A stretch of 63,844 nucleotides of DNA, the filler included, from Basidiobolus ranarum (Eukaryota), in assembly GCA_040143965.1 (NCBI GenBank). It is 35 parts of 35 records of this genome, joined end to end, with 100 filler letters (N's around TTAATTAATTAA, not from the genome) between each part and the next. Parts side by side here need not be neighbours in the genome. Positions count along the whole stretch, not along the records: positions 36,607 to 38,331 come from JASJQH010004467.1; positions 38,432 to 40,156 come from JASJQH010004468.1; positions 40,257 to 41,980 come from JASJQH010004469.1; positions 42,081 to 43,803 come from JASJQH010004470.1; positions 43,904 to 45,626 come from JASJQH010004471.1; positions 45,727 to 47,449 come from JASJQH010004472.1; positions 47,550 to 49,271 come from JASJQH010004473.1; 28 more parts are not named here. The stretch is one strand, 5' to 3'. A model generated the notes under the pieces. The model was given only the letters and a program-made list of their open reading frames with translations. It searched no databases and was not told the DNA's origin. The translations under genes and the position numbers were made by a program. Below, one piece after another: positions 36,607-49,371 of this stretch. The number at the start of each line of letters is the position of its first letter. The first letter of the stretch is position 1.

Positions 36607-38331
36607 CTGCAAACATTGGTCCACTCATAACACTTACTGCAAAGGAAGCAGCTTTGATTATTGAGGAGTGGAGAGTTCAACCAAATCTTAGCAACCAGGT
36701 GTTTATTGTTTTTTTTACAATTTTACCACAGTTGATTGGCAACTGTTGCTTGCCACAGACCTGGTACAAGTGGAAAGCACTTGTCAATCATATGACTTAT
36801 AATCCTCAGTGGTTAAACTACCTTCATGTCCAAAGAGTTGTATGGCTTTCAGCAGTGAATTGAAAAACCTGAAGTCATGTACTGTTTGCACTAAATTAGC
36901 AATCACTGAATCACATAAATATGTTCTCATTTGGCTTAAATACCATTGATTCCCCATATTAAAGTTTTGATGAAATCACCCAAATATAGATCTTTGATCC
37001 AGTACCAAAGTACTCACCATAAAGCTGATGGTATTACCAATATACTCAATGGATATCACTACCAGAATCTGAAAATTCAAGGTTTCTCTGAGAACACATA
37101 TGATCATGCATTTACATTGGCTCTGGATGGTTTCTCACTGAACAAATATACTGCTGGAAAGGATTGCTGGCCAATAATTTTAATCAATTTAAATCTTCCT
37201 CCTTCTGAATGATATAAGAGTCATAATATTTTGATACTTTCCATCATATCTGGACCTGAATCACCAGTGCTCTTAGATAGCTTCTTGGAGCCTTTGATTG
37301 TGGAATTTGAATGGTTATCTAATGAGGTTCAGATGGATGAATATCTTTATAAATCTAATATCATTGTATGTATTGATGACACTTCTGCCAGTAGTAAACT
37401 TGGAGGTTTTCATGGGCACAATGCACTATCTTGCTGTAGATTTTGTCAAATCAATGGAGTTTACTCTAGTAGGCATACTCATTACTACTGTCCAAACACA
37501 ACACTAAACTCCATGATTTTACTGTCAAGAGCCCAGTCAGATTCCAACATGATCACAGATATTAATTCATCTAATAGTCAGTCTAACATCAAACTTGGTA
37601 TTAGCCATAAGCCCAAGATTATATTGCCTAAGGGGATCAGCAGGAGCCAGAGCTTGCCATTAGGCACTCTGCACTTACTATTCAACAACTTTGCAGTACT
37701 GCTTCCTAAACTATATAGTGGAAGATTCAATATCAATGGGCCATTTGAAAATAGGATCAAAGTTTGAATCAATTGGGAAGATGCTTAATAATATTATATA
37801 CCATTATATTTTACCAGGACTTCCAACAATGTCCACTCATCTAGGCATTTATTTAAATGTGAAGACTGGAAGTATAGGACTTGTATTCATTCAAGTGGAA
37901 TTTTGAAAAGATTTCTGCATCATAAGTATTGGCAACCTTGGGAGTTGTTTGTGGTTATTGTTAATATATTCTAAGGGCATCCACTCACATTGGCAGCTTT
38001 CAGGCAGATGCAGCAACTGTGCAAAGCTTATGTAATTGCATATGAAATACTTTTTGACAGGTGTACAGAAGATAGACTGAATCTATGCCGGTATTCATTA
38101 CATTCCCTAATACATCTTTCACAGTGCTTAGAGATTGTAGGCCCCTGCTATACATTCTGGGAGTTCCCAATGGAGTGCCCCTGTGGTGAAATGATGCTCC
38201 ATGTGAAATTAGCAGTATTACCATATGCTTATCTGATTTACAATGTATCAGCAAAATCACTGATGGAGGTAATGCAATGGGTTAAGGAGAATCCAGAGTA
38301 GATTAACTTTCCAACAGAGGGCTCTTTTCAA
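36607..38331 (+). mobile_element. CACTA/CMC transposase, best-preserved copy in the window
   Basis: LALDGF..CWPIILINLNLPPSE..IISGPESP.LLDSFLEPL..DDTSASSKLGGFHGHNALSCCRFC..HSLIHL..GPCYTFWEFPMECPCG. Confidence 0.92.
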
Positions 38332-38431
38332 NNNNNNNNNNNNNNNNNNNNNNNNNNNNNNNNNNNNNNNNNNNNTTAATTAATTAANNNNNNNNNNNNN
38401 NNNNNNNNNNNNNNNNNNNNNNNNNNNNNNN

Positions 38432-40156
38432 ACTTTCAGATATGTTACAAAAACTTTGAGGCAAAGCTCAGCCAGTGGAGTCAGTGGGCAAAACTAAACT
38501 TAATTTTGTGCACTTATAAGTGTTTATTTTGATAAAAGTGTTCAGGGTGCTCAGAAGTGTTTTAAACAAGATCTAGATTGGGGAATTAGATACTGGAGTT
38601 ATATTCAATTGAAAATGTCCTATTTTTGGTTTACAACAAAACAAGACTATTGGACATGCTTAGATCATAACAAACCTGCCTGTTAAGCATGGGTGAAGAT
38701 TTGAGGTGCTTTGAAGAAGATTTGAGAAAATGGTGAAAATTGGTAAAAGTGATCTATTACTATTTCCATCAATTAAAGCAATAAAGTCATGCTTTTGAAT
38801 TGAAGAACTCAGTGCTAAATACTCAGAATATGAATAAGTTTACTACTAAATAATGGGTGGCTATTTACCTGACTTCAACATTCCCACTTAACTAATTATT
38901 TTGCATTTCTCTTAAACCTAACTTATTCCATAATAATTTAAATTGTTCTTTAGCTAAAGGTTTGATTAAGATGTCAGCAATTGTGTCTTCAGTAGGGAAA
39001 TAGAAATTACATTATATCATTCACTATTGCTTCTCTAACAAAATGAAATCTAATATCAATATGTTTTGTTGTTACATGAAATGTAGGTCTTTACCTAGTG
39101 AAATACAATTTGGATTATCTTGGAATACAGTAATAGCACATTTTTACATGTATCCCAAGTCTGAAAATAACTCCCTTAACCACACAGCTTCTTGTGTAGT
39201 AGCAGAGGCAGCATTATACTCTTTGTCTGTAGTGGAAAGTGCTACAGCTGGTTGCTTCTTACTTTTCAAGTTACAGCCTCATTACCATAGAGGAAAGTAT
39301 ACCCAGTTGTTGTTCTTGTGTCATCAAGGTTTCTTGCCCAGTCTGGATTACTGTAGCCTTCCAAATCTTGTGCATTGGGAGTGCAAATACTTGATTTCTG
39401 AGATATTGGCTGATTTTTCCCACTGCCACAGCAATGTCTTGATGTGCTGCAATCATGGTTCACATAAAACTACCCACCATGGATTGATAAGGGAACTCCT
39501 GGCTGTGATTTGAGTCATATTGGACAAAATCAGATGAAATTTTGATCAATTTCACATTGGGATCCATTGATTTTGATACAGTTTTGCTAATCTCCATGTT
39601 GAAGCATTTGAGGTTGCCTAGGTTATATCTGGACTAATTCACAAGGATATTCAGATTAGATTTATCTCCCTTGATTTGGATTTTGAGGATATAACTAAAC
39701 TCACCCTTATCAGTCATCTGAAATTGATTTAATAAGCTTTTTTACATGTGGTAAAGTGCCTCTAAATTATTTGTGGCTATGATTAAGTCATCCACATATA
39801 GTGCCATGATAAGGTTCCTATTTCCAGTTGCTTTGATGTTAGTAATGTGGACTGCTGCTCATTTTTGGAATTCCATTGATTCCAAATATGTATCTATCCT
39901 GTTGTATCTTGTACTGGATGCTTGCCATATCACAATTTTTGCAGTTCATAGCCTATTTTAGGGTGTTTTGGGTAAACAAATCCTTCTGGTTGCTCCATAT
40001 AGATCTCTTCATCTATTTTCCATTTGGAAAGTCTGTTTTTACATGTATTTAATGTAAATCAAAGGCATGTATATCTTGTTTTACCATGCCCTGGGTGCTT
40101 GCTTGAGTTCATAGAGCCATTTTTGCAGTTTACAGACCATATCAGGATGTTTTGGT
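38432..40156 (-). mobile_element. Copia family E 3' half (RT, RNase H, PPT, LTR 38530-38880) abutting a CACTA fragment (38432-38520)
   Basis: IMALYVDDLII, FQMTDKGE and YSNPDWARNLDDTRTTTGYTF motifs. LTR matches 7892-8240. Confidence 0.88.
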
Positions 40157-40271
40157 NNNNNNNNNNNNNNNNNNNNNNNNNNNNNNNNNNNNNNNNNNNN
40201 TTAATTAATTAANNNNNNNNNNNNNNNNNNNNNNNNNNNNNNNNNNNNNNNNNNNNAGCTCACTAGGAACT

Positions 40272-40365
40272 CTCTACTTTTGGCTCCATCCCTTCTGGAA
40301 AACTCTACTCAGGCCCCATCCCTTCTGGAATACTTCACTCTTGGCTCCATCCTATCTGGAATACT
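40272..40365 (+). repeat. Three imperfect ~30-bp tandem repeats (core GGCTCCATCCCTTCTGGAA), probably inside another LTR ending near 40486
   Basis: Direct repeats are visible, followed by AATAAATAAATATTACA. Confidence 0.65.
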
Positions 40366-40499
40366 CTTAGGCCTAGCTTACTAGGAAACTTAGCTTTGTC
40401 AACATCTTGACTTTAGCTTTGAATATTATATTCTAACTTGGCTTGTTTATTTATTGACTTTGTTTAAATTGATAAATAAATATTACACCTTCTGGTGTT

Positions 40500-41460
40500 T
40501 ATCATCCCCCCTAACCCTAACAAGTTAATTAATGCAAAACAAACAGCAGAATTGGTAACTCAAAACATCTTCTGCCTACATGGACTCCCTGAAACTATCA
40601 TCTCTGACCAGGGACCTCAGTTTGCTTCTAAATTCTGGAAAATTCTTCTCCATACCTTGGGTATCTCTGTCAATCTCTCCACTGCCTTCCATACCCAATC
40701 TGATAGCCAAACAGAAAGAGTCAACCAAGTTTTGGAACAATATTTGTGATGCACAATCAACTATAATCCGGATAATTGGACACAACTCTGGCCTCTTGCT
40801 GAATTTGCTTACAACAACTCTTATCATACCACAACAAAGCAAACTCCTTTCATTGCAAATTATGGATTCCATCCTTGTTTCACAATTCACCCACCTTCCA
40901 ATCTACCTTGCCCTGCTGCCTCAGACCATGTCACTTTCCTTAAGGACATCCATAAACAATTAATATCTGAGTTGAAGCATGCTCAATCCCAATACAAGAA
41001 CTTTGCTGATAAGAAAAGAAAGCCAAGTCCAGATCTCAAGCCAGGAGATTATGTTTGGCTACTCCGGAAAAATGTCAAAACCACTTGACCATGTGATACA
41101 CTTGATCATAAAAGACTAGGGCCTTTTAAGATTATTAAGCAAATCAATTCAGTAGGCTTCCGCCTTGAACTTCCAGCCCATTTCAAAGTCCATAATGTAT
41201 TCCATGTGTCTCTCTTAGTGCCAAATGCAAGAAACATCTTCCAGGGCCAATCCATTGACCCACCCCTAGCAATCTAAGTTGAAGAACACCCTGAAAATGA
41301 AGTTAGTAAAATTCTAGATTGCAGAACTAATAACATAAATTGCAATATTTAGTGGACTGGAAGGGATACTCAACAAATAATCAATCATGGGAGCCAGCAA
41401 CAAATCTTTCAAATTCCAAGGAACTTTGCCAGGAGTTTCATGAAGCCTACCCAGAAAAAC
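40500..41460 (+). mobile_element. Ty3/gypsy integrase with GPF motif and chromodomain (chromovirus)
   Basis: HGLPETIISDQGPQFAS.FW..STAFH.QSDSQTERVNQVLEQYL, LGPFKI, HNVFHVSLL and YLVDWKGY..SWEP motifs. Confidence 0.92.
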
Positions 41461-41640
41461 ATAGTTTTGTCAAGATGTGAGCAAACTATTATGCAGAATA
41501 TGCTAAGGAAGGTCTCAGGAACATGTGTGTAAAGTTTGGGGCTTCTAGTACAAGTTAGAAAAATCCATATATCTGAGAACTTCTAAGTTGGTAATAGTAT
41601 TCTAAGTAAATTCCAATTGAGAGTAATTGATAGTATCTTT
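41461..41640 (-). mobile_element. Copia LTR family B fragment
   Basis: Matches ~5074-5255. Confidence 0.75.
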
Positions 41641-41650
41641 GTATATATAA

Positions 41651-41980
41651 CCCTAACAAATATTTGAGGATTGTTATTGTAGGAAAACCATCACAATTTT
41701 AATCCATTTGGGATTGACCGTTTACTTACTGTCATAAAATCGTCGAGTTAGATTTGATTTTAATCAATTTTTTCAGTTTCAGGAGTGAAATTTCAAGATC
41801 TCACAAAATAGTTGCAAATGATTGGCTAAATTCTCAGAGAACTATGGATCAACACATGTGCAAAAAACGTAACTCAAATTTTACACATTTATCACTTGAA
41901 CGCTAATTTGTCACCTTTGAAATCCCTAGTCTCTTTGATATATTCTCCTGAATATTTTTATAGAGTTCTTCATACCCAAG
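41651..41980 (+). mobile_element. CACTA/CMC left end with TIR CCCTAACAAA
   Basis: The terminus is the inverse of TTTGTTAGGG at the transposase 3' end. Confidence 0.8.
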
Positions 41981-42080
41981 NNNNNNNNNNNNNNNNNNNN
42001 NNNNNNNNNNNNNNNNNNNNNNNNTTAATTAATTAANNNNNNNNNNNNNNNNNNNNNNNNNNNNNNNNNNNNNNNNNNNN

Positions 42081-43803
42081 ATCACCTCAAATTTTCACCC
42101 ATGCTTAACAGGCATGTTTGTTATGATCTAAGCACGTCCAATAGTTCTATTTCATAGTAAACTATAAATAGGACATATTCAATTCAATAAACTTAAGTGT
42201 CTAATTCACAAATCCAAATCTTGTCCAAAGCACTTCCAAATCCCCTAAACACTTTTATCAGGTTCTCTGACAGTTTTGCTCTTTTGTCAGGTGGATTCAA
42301 TCCGGATCAATTCGATTGATTTTTGTTAGGGTATATCAATGAGTCCCAAAATTGAGCCTAAGCCTGCACAGCTCAAATACATGAAGCCCAGACTTTAAAA
42401 GAGGCCCTGAATGACCCTCACACAAAATCTTGGAGATCTGAAATGGCTGATGAGTACCAAGATTTGATTGATAATCAAACTTGGATTTTAGCTAACTTAT
42501 CCAGTGATAAAAATCAATTGGTTGCCAATGGGTGTTTAAAGTTGAATTCAAATCTGATGGTAATCTAGAAGGTACAAGGTTAGATTAGTAGCCAATGGCT
42601 ATTCCTAAACACCGGAAATAGACTATACAGAAACTTTGCTCCTGTAGCAAAGTTTAAGTTAACTAGATTGATTTTTGCTATTTGTGCTAAATATCAGTTG
42701 ATTTTATATCATATGGATGTTAAAACCGCTTTTTTGAATTGTGAGCTTGCTGAGGAGATCTATATATGACCAGCCAGATGGATCAATAAACCCAGAAAAA
42801 CTAAAAAAGTTTGCAGACTCCCAAAAACACCCAATTGCTTGAACAATCTCCAAGAGCTTGGAATAGCAAGATAGACACTTTTTTGAAGACACTCAAATTG
42901 CAAAAAAGTAATGCCAACTATATTATCTACTTCAGGCCAGATAAGACAAACTAGCTTTATTAGTCTTATATGTAAATGACCTTATTATAGCAACCAATGA
43001 ATTGAAGACTTTGGAAAACACCAAATCCAGTATATCTACGCAATTCAAATGACTGGTCTTGTTGAACTGCCATACTAGACTTGTCATAAAAGTGTTTAGG
43101 GGATTTGGAAGTGTTTTGGACAAGATTTGGATATTTGAATTGGACATTTAAGTTTTATTGAATTGAATATGTCCTATTTATAGTTTGCTATGAAATAGGA
43201 CTATTGGATGTGCTTAGATCATAACAAACATGCCTGTTAAGCATGGGTGAAAATTTGAGGTGACTTGGAGAAATTTTGAGAAAAAAGTGAAAATTGGTAA
43301 AAGTGATCTAATTGATATTTCTATCAATTAGAGCAATAAACACACATTTTTGAATGACAGAATTGAATGCTTAATAATCAGAATATGAATAAACTAACTA
43401 CTAAATAATGAGTTGCTATTTATCTTATTTCAACATTCACACTCAACTAATTGTTTTGTATTTCGCTTAAACATAACCTCTATCTTGATAATTCAAATTG
43501 TGCTTTAGCTAAAGGTTTGGTTAAGATATCAGCTATCATTTCTTCAGTAGGGCAATACACAAGTTCAATTACATCATTCTCTATTGCTTCTCTAACAAAA
43601 TGCTGCCTAATAACTGTATGTTTTGTTCTAGCATGAAATGCAAGGTTTTTAGCTAATGAAATACAACTTTGATTATCTTCAAATACAGTAATAGCACATT
43701 TTTGCATGTGTCCTAAGTCTGTAAATAACTTCCTTAACCACATAGCTTCTTGTGTAGTAGCAGAGGCAGCCATATTCTCTGCTTCTGTAGTGTAAAGTGC
43801 TAT
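42081..43803. mobile_element. Nest: LTR E (+, 42081-42260), CACTA right end (42262-42331), copia RT (+, 42332-43075), LTR E (-, 43082-43435), copia RNase H (-, ~43470-43803)
   Basis: Each block matches copies elsewhere in the window. RNase H reads QEAMWLR..VFEDNQSCI..FHARTKH..MIADILTKPL. Confidence 0.88.
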
Positions 43804-43903
43804 NNNNNNNNNNNNNNNNNNNNNNNNNNNNNNNNNNNNNNNNNNNNTTAATTAATTAANNNNNNNNNNNNNNNNNNNNNNNNNNNNNNNNNNNNNNNNN
43901 NNN

Positions 43904-45470
43904 TCCAAAGAATATGACTTCCATATAAGGTAACCTGGATGAACTAACACAAGATTGCCAAGAAAGGATGGCACAGCAGATATGATGTCATAATCTAAAA
44001 GTTGAAGAGTTCTATTTGCAATGGATGAGCATGTCAAGATCAGAATCATGACAGTGTGCATGCATAAAGACTAAACAAAACAAGATTTGAGTATATTTTG
44101 ATTCTCATTATGGCTGAAATACAAAGCCTAAAATGTCTTAATAAAGGCATGCATATTAATTCAAATTCCTACAGCAGTAAACTCAGTAATTTGTCATTCA
44201 AAAATTAAATGTCTGCAAAAATTGCTGCAAACTTAAGAACACATGCCAAATATGAGGATCAATATTTTAACATATGTGAATACCATGAAAATACCATCAA
44301 GAAGCCACCATCTCACCATCAAAATCCCTGGCAGAATGCAAGCAACCAATAAGGTGATTGTTCTCTGACAGTTTTGCGATCCAGAAGGGTGGATACAACC
44401 CAGATCACAGCAATTTTATTTTTGTTAGGGGAGTATATCAACCTTCCCACAAAGGGCTCTTTTCAATATGCTCAGGGCTTTATGCATTGTTTGATCACCA
44501 TAATCAGAGCAAAACCCAATCCATAGATTCAGAGTAAGTACCTCTATATTATGGACTAATTTGTTTGTGTGATAAACTGATGGTTTTTGTAGGGAAGCTA
44601 CAAGACAGACTACTTGGCAAATAGATTGAGACACACTGTATCATTGTTTTAGCCACAGAGTAATTTATTCCAGTAAGGACCTATATACTTGTGGTAAGAC
44701 ATTTGTTGACTGCAAGTTGGGAATATTCTGGCTGATTCCTTTAAGCAAATTTACCAAATCCATGAGCTTATTCTCATTATGAATGGTAACAAGAGTTAGT
44801 GATTTGCCAAGTGTCAGTTTATTTAAAAAATCAGATGTTTAGCAATTTTTCCACCAATAGTTTGCTGGTAAATCATGTTGATATTGTTGAGTTATGTCTG
44901 ATCAGTCAAGTATGTGCATAGGCAGAGACTAAACAAAGCAAAATTATTGTATTTTTCAATTCACAACATGGCTGGAATAAAAACCCTAAAATATCTATAT
45001 AAAGGCTTGCATACTAATTTGAATTCCTACAGCAGTAAACCCAGCAATTTGCCATTTGAAAATTACAGTTTTGCAAAAATTGCCAGATATTGAAAAAAAC
45101 ATGGCAGATTTGAGGATCAACATTTTAACAAGTATCAATACCAGCAAAATACCATCAAGAAACCACCAGCACACCATCAAAATCCCTGGCAGAATGCAAG
45201 CCACCAATATTATAATGGTTCTCTAATGGTTTTGCTCTTTTGGAGGGTGGATCCAATCTGGATCAAATGAACTTTATTTTTATTAGGGGTTTATATATAG
45301 ACTAAACATAACAAGATTTTTGTATTTTTCAATTCTCAATATGGCTGGAACACAAAGCCTAAAATATCTAAATAAAGGCATTCATATCAATTCAAATTCT
45401 TGTAACAGTAAGTGCACTAACTTGCCATTTAAGAATTTTTTTTTGTAAAATAAGTTGGAAATTAAAATAC
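43904..45470. mobile_element. Gypsy LTR fragment (-, 43904-44053) followed by three successive CACTA 3' segments (+; TIRs end at 44430 and 45288)
   Basis: Repeated GGCTGGAATACAAAGCCTAAAA...GGATC...TTAGGG blocks. Confidence 0.8.
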
Positions 45471-45728
45471 GCTGTAGTGTTGGAAATATTCCAATCATAT
45501 CTTGCACATAATAAGCAGGAAAAATATTATCTATTGCTATCTTAAAATATTTTACAGATCAAGAAAAAGAACAAGAAAGATCAATCGCTCATTGTCACTT
45601 CAGTACCTGACTGATTACAGCTATTCNNNNNNNNNNNNNNNNNNNNNNNNNNNNNNNNNNNNNNNNNNNNTTAATTAATTAANNNNNNNNNNNNNNNNNN
45701 NNNNNNNNNNNNNNNNNNNNNNNNNNGT

Positions 45729-45929
45729 GGTCGCGGTGGAAGAGGCCGGGGACGTGGTCGCTTTGGAAGAGGTCGTGGTCGCTTTGGCCGTGGCCGGTTT
45801 GGCGGACGTGGAAGATTTGGTCATTTTGGTGGTCGTGGTTTTGGTAGATTTGGCAGATTCGGGAGATTTGGCTATGGTGGATATGGATGGAATGAAGATT
45901 GTGGTGGAGATGACTGTGGAAGCTGTTAG
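45729..45929 (+). CDS. C-terminus of a Gly/Arg/Phe-rich secreted precursor (upstream tandem copy)
   Basis: GRGGRGRGRGRFGRGRGRFG...GRFGYGGYGWNEDCGGDDCGSC*. Nearly identical in DNA to 47321-47449. Confidence 0.85.
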   Translation, partial: GRGGRGRGRGRFGRGRGRFGRGRFGGRGRFGHFGGRGFGRFGRFGRFGYGGYGWNEDCGGDDCGSC

Positions 45930-46806
45930 CTGATTTGTACCGAAAAACTGGGGACCTTGAACGATCCTCCGGAATCTCTTTATACCTTACTTTCACACCT
46001 GTAGTTTACTATTTCTTTTGGTAAATTGAATAAAATACTTTCATATACGACTAAATACTATCCTAATGAATCGTTTTAGTTTCAACTGATATGTTATTTC
46101 ACTAGTAGAACTCTAACTGAGCGGAATTAATTATTTGCTAAGATCCTGTTATAAATTAGTAGATCCTTCATAGGAGAAATAATGCTTGTCGGTCCCCAAG
46201 TGGTATACCATTTTGAGAAGTCACAAAATATATCTTGTTAATTCACCGCATAGGGCGTAAGTTGCTATGGAGGCAACAGGGATGTATGAACATTCGCTGA
46301 CAAGAGCTGAATTATAAGTAATGTTAGCAAGTATTTGAACTTACTAGTAAAGGTGAAGTCATCTCTTCATTTCGGGTGAGAAATATGTTCCCAATTTAGC
46401 AACGGCACAACTCTCACTAAGTGAATAAACAGGCTAATATTAGTTTTTTACTAGTATTGGCACTTCATCTTATGGAGGCATATTGAGCAAAATTAACCAC
46501 CGCCTATGTTATCATTTATTAACCTTTATAAATATGCTTCAAACTATATGGCCCTGTGGTTTAGGCACACCAACGTACTAGTATGTAAAGATGAATTGAT
46601 GTTTTCTATCCAATGTAGCCCTCCTCCATATTTTAAACTCACATTTATATGAAAAGAGCGAACATTTAACCCTGATAAGTTATTACAAATTAACTGCGTC
46701 TTTTCTATACTAAAATCTAATTTTGAATGTATAAAAGGACCGGATATTATGTTGATTTTACACAGCTTCGATTAGCTTCTCAACAATCCAGCAATCATAT
46801 CAAAAG

Positions 46807-47449
46807 ATGTATCTTAAAACTACTCTTGTCAGCGCTATATTGTTAGCCTCTCTAACTAATGGAGCCGACACTAAGCCAAGCGCTCCTTCTGTCCTTATGG
46901 TTGAATCAGCTGCTTCTACCATTCCAATTGGTGAGGAGATGGTAAATCCAGCTGGCACTGATTTCTTCATTCCCAACTTCATGTTGGATGAGGATATTGA
47001 ACTCACCCCCGAAGAATCCCAAATGCGCCGTATCACCCTAAAGAAAATACTATCTCGCTTGTCCAAGGCCTCTGGAGTGAAGAAGGGAAAACTCAACCCA
47101 CTCAAGGTCAAGAAAGTTGGTAAACTTGTGACAGAGATGAGTCCTGAAACAGGTGACCATGACACTAGTAACTCTGCCTCGTCTGCTGTGGATAGTGCCG
47201 AGGATAACAATATCGACTACAGTGTGGATGGTGAGGGGGACACAGATTTAGATGCTTCACCAGAAGAAACTGAGTTACGACGAGGAGGCCGTGGTGGACG
47301 TGGGCGCGGTCGTGGGGGTCGTGGTCGCGGTAGAAGAGGCCGGGGACGTGGTCGTTTTGGAAGAGGTCGTGGTCGCTTTGGTCGTGGCCGGTTTGGCGGA
47401 CGTGGAAGATTTGGTCGTTTCGGTGGTCGCGGTTGTGGTAGATTCGGCA
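46807..47449 (+). CDS. Secreted precursor with two acidic spacers ending in RR and two cationic segments, 3' truncated
   Basis: Signal-like MYLKTTLVSAILLASLTNGA, TATAAAAG at 46729, then PEESQMRR|ITLKK... and PEETELRR|GGRGG... Confidence 0.88.
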
Positions 47450-47549
47450 NNNNNNNNNNNNNNNNNNNNNNNNNNNNNNNNNNNNNNNNNNNNTTAATTA
47501 ATTAANNNNNNNNNNNNNNNNNNNNNNNNNNNNNNNNNNNNNNNNNNNN

Positions 47550-48961
47550 AATACAGCTTTCATATATAGTAATATCTGAGGGCTTATGATCCATTCCAGT
47601 ACATAGACTATTTTTATATAATTGATTCACATTATTATAGTTTAAATGACCTAAGCACTGATGCCAAGTCATCAAGTTTCCAGATGTAATTGTTGCAAAG
47701 TTATAAACAGTCTCAGTTATCAGTGCATTATCTAGATGATATAGATTCCCAATTCTTGTTCCAGTTGCTACTATCAGGTCCTTTGATTTGTATATGGTTG
47801 CTTTTCCTTGGCTGAATTTGACATCATAATATTTCTTTTCAATGGCTCCAATTGTAAAAGATTTGTTGTAAATGATTGAATATATAAGACATCTTCCAAG
47901 GTTACTGTTACACTTCTGGTTTTATTTATTTGTAAGTCAAGTGTGACCTTTCCCATTCCATATGCAACCAGTTTTTTACTTCCAGCTACAGTGATGTCCA
48001 GAGGTTCTATTTCCTTATAGTCATGCAATATGTTTCTATTGTGACACATATGATTACTTGCACCAGAATCTAGAATCCATACATTGGCAGTGTCATTTCA
48101 TGAATTACAGGTTGCCATAAGTACATAGTGTTCATTTCCTCTTATAGTGGTGTTATAAGCCTCCTTTTTCTTTGAAACCCATTTCTTCTTTGATCTGGAA
48201 TAATGTGCTATAAGTCCCAGTTTTCCACATTTGTAACATTTCACAGTGCTCCTTTGTGCTTGCCTATTTTGAGAATAAAATGCTTGTGTAGTTTTTGTTT
48301 CATCTGCAAGCTGACTTTTGTCTTTTCTTTTAAAATCTTCTTGACATAGATGAGAGATCAGATTATGCTAAGTAAGCTTATCCCCAATTGCTTCCAAAGT
48401 GAGTACAAGGGCTGAATATGTTTCAGGGAGACCATTGACTATGGTAAGAATTATATCCATTTCAGGTACTTCATAATTCATGGATTCCAGCTGTTGGGCA
48501 AGTTTCTTGAAATCATATACACATGTCATAATATCTGAATCCTCAGACATACAAGAGTTTAACAATTTTCTTTGTAGCATCATCAAGTGAGCAAGCCCTT
48601 TTTGCTCATGATGTTCCACTAGGATTTCCCATGCATTCTTGGCAGAGTCAGTATCTCTGACTAGCATAAGTTGTTGTGATCCCAGTCTTAGACATATTTC
48701 CCTAAATGCCAATCTGTCTTTTTCTTTGAAGGTTGCCCTGGCTTCTTTACATGTTAGCTTCTTTGTTTCAGTGTCCAAATCTGTACTTTCTTCTTCAGAA
48801 GTTTCTTCTTCTTCATCTGGTTGAACTACTTCCCAGACATGTTTCCCTTCAAATACAAATTGCATCTTGAATTTCCATTCATGGAAATCTTCCCCATGGA
48901 ATGTTGAAATATTAGTAATCTCCTTTTGGGAAGAAGACTCTAATTCACTTGCTGCTACCAT
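47550..48961 (-). mobile_element. Copia gag, protease and pre-integrase, decayed
   Basis: FHGEDFHEWKFKMQ..WEVV, NGLPETY, zinc knuckle KCYKCGKLG, WILDSGASNHMC and WHQCLGHLN motifs. Confidence 0.92.
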
Positions 48962-49271
48962 GATGGAGGATCTTGACAGAAAGGGGGTAGACTTTGGGTA
49001 TTAGAAGCAACTAATGATAGTATGTTTTAGTTACTTTATTCTTAAGAGTATATAGGGACTTATATAGTAAAAAGTGAATCAATTGTTTGATATCTTCAGA
49101 AGTTTGGGTAATAAGAAATGATAGATAAGTGGGGGTAATAAGACATACTTGTTATATGGCTATAGAGATATTCCTATTTAGAATATAGGGGCTATAGATA
49201 TATTGCTTTCTGTTTCTGATATATGTATCATAACTAAAGTTAACTATGATGTTGAATAAAGATTAATTATC
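48961..49271 (+). mobile_element. LTR family C
   Basis: Matches 5502-5813. Confidence 0.88.
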
Positions 49272-49371
49272 NNNNNNNNNNNNNNNNNNNNNNNNNNNNN
49301 NNNNNNNNNNNNNNNTTAATTAATTAANNNNNNNNNNNNNNNNNNNNNNNNNNNNNNNNNNNNNNNNNNNN

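Noticed and set aside
40272-40365. 30-bp repeats as a CRISPR array
   Set aside because: The units are tandem without unique spacers and lie in a eukaryotic retroelement context.
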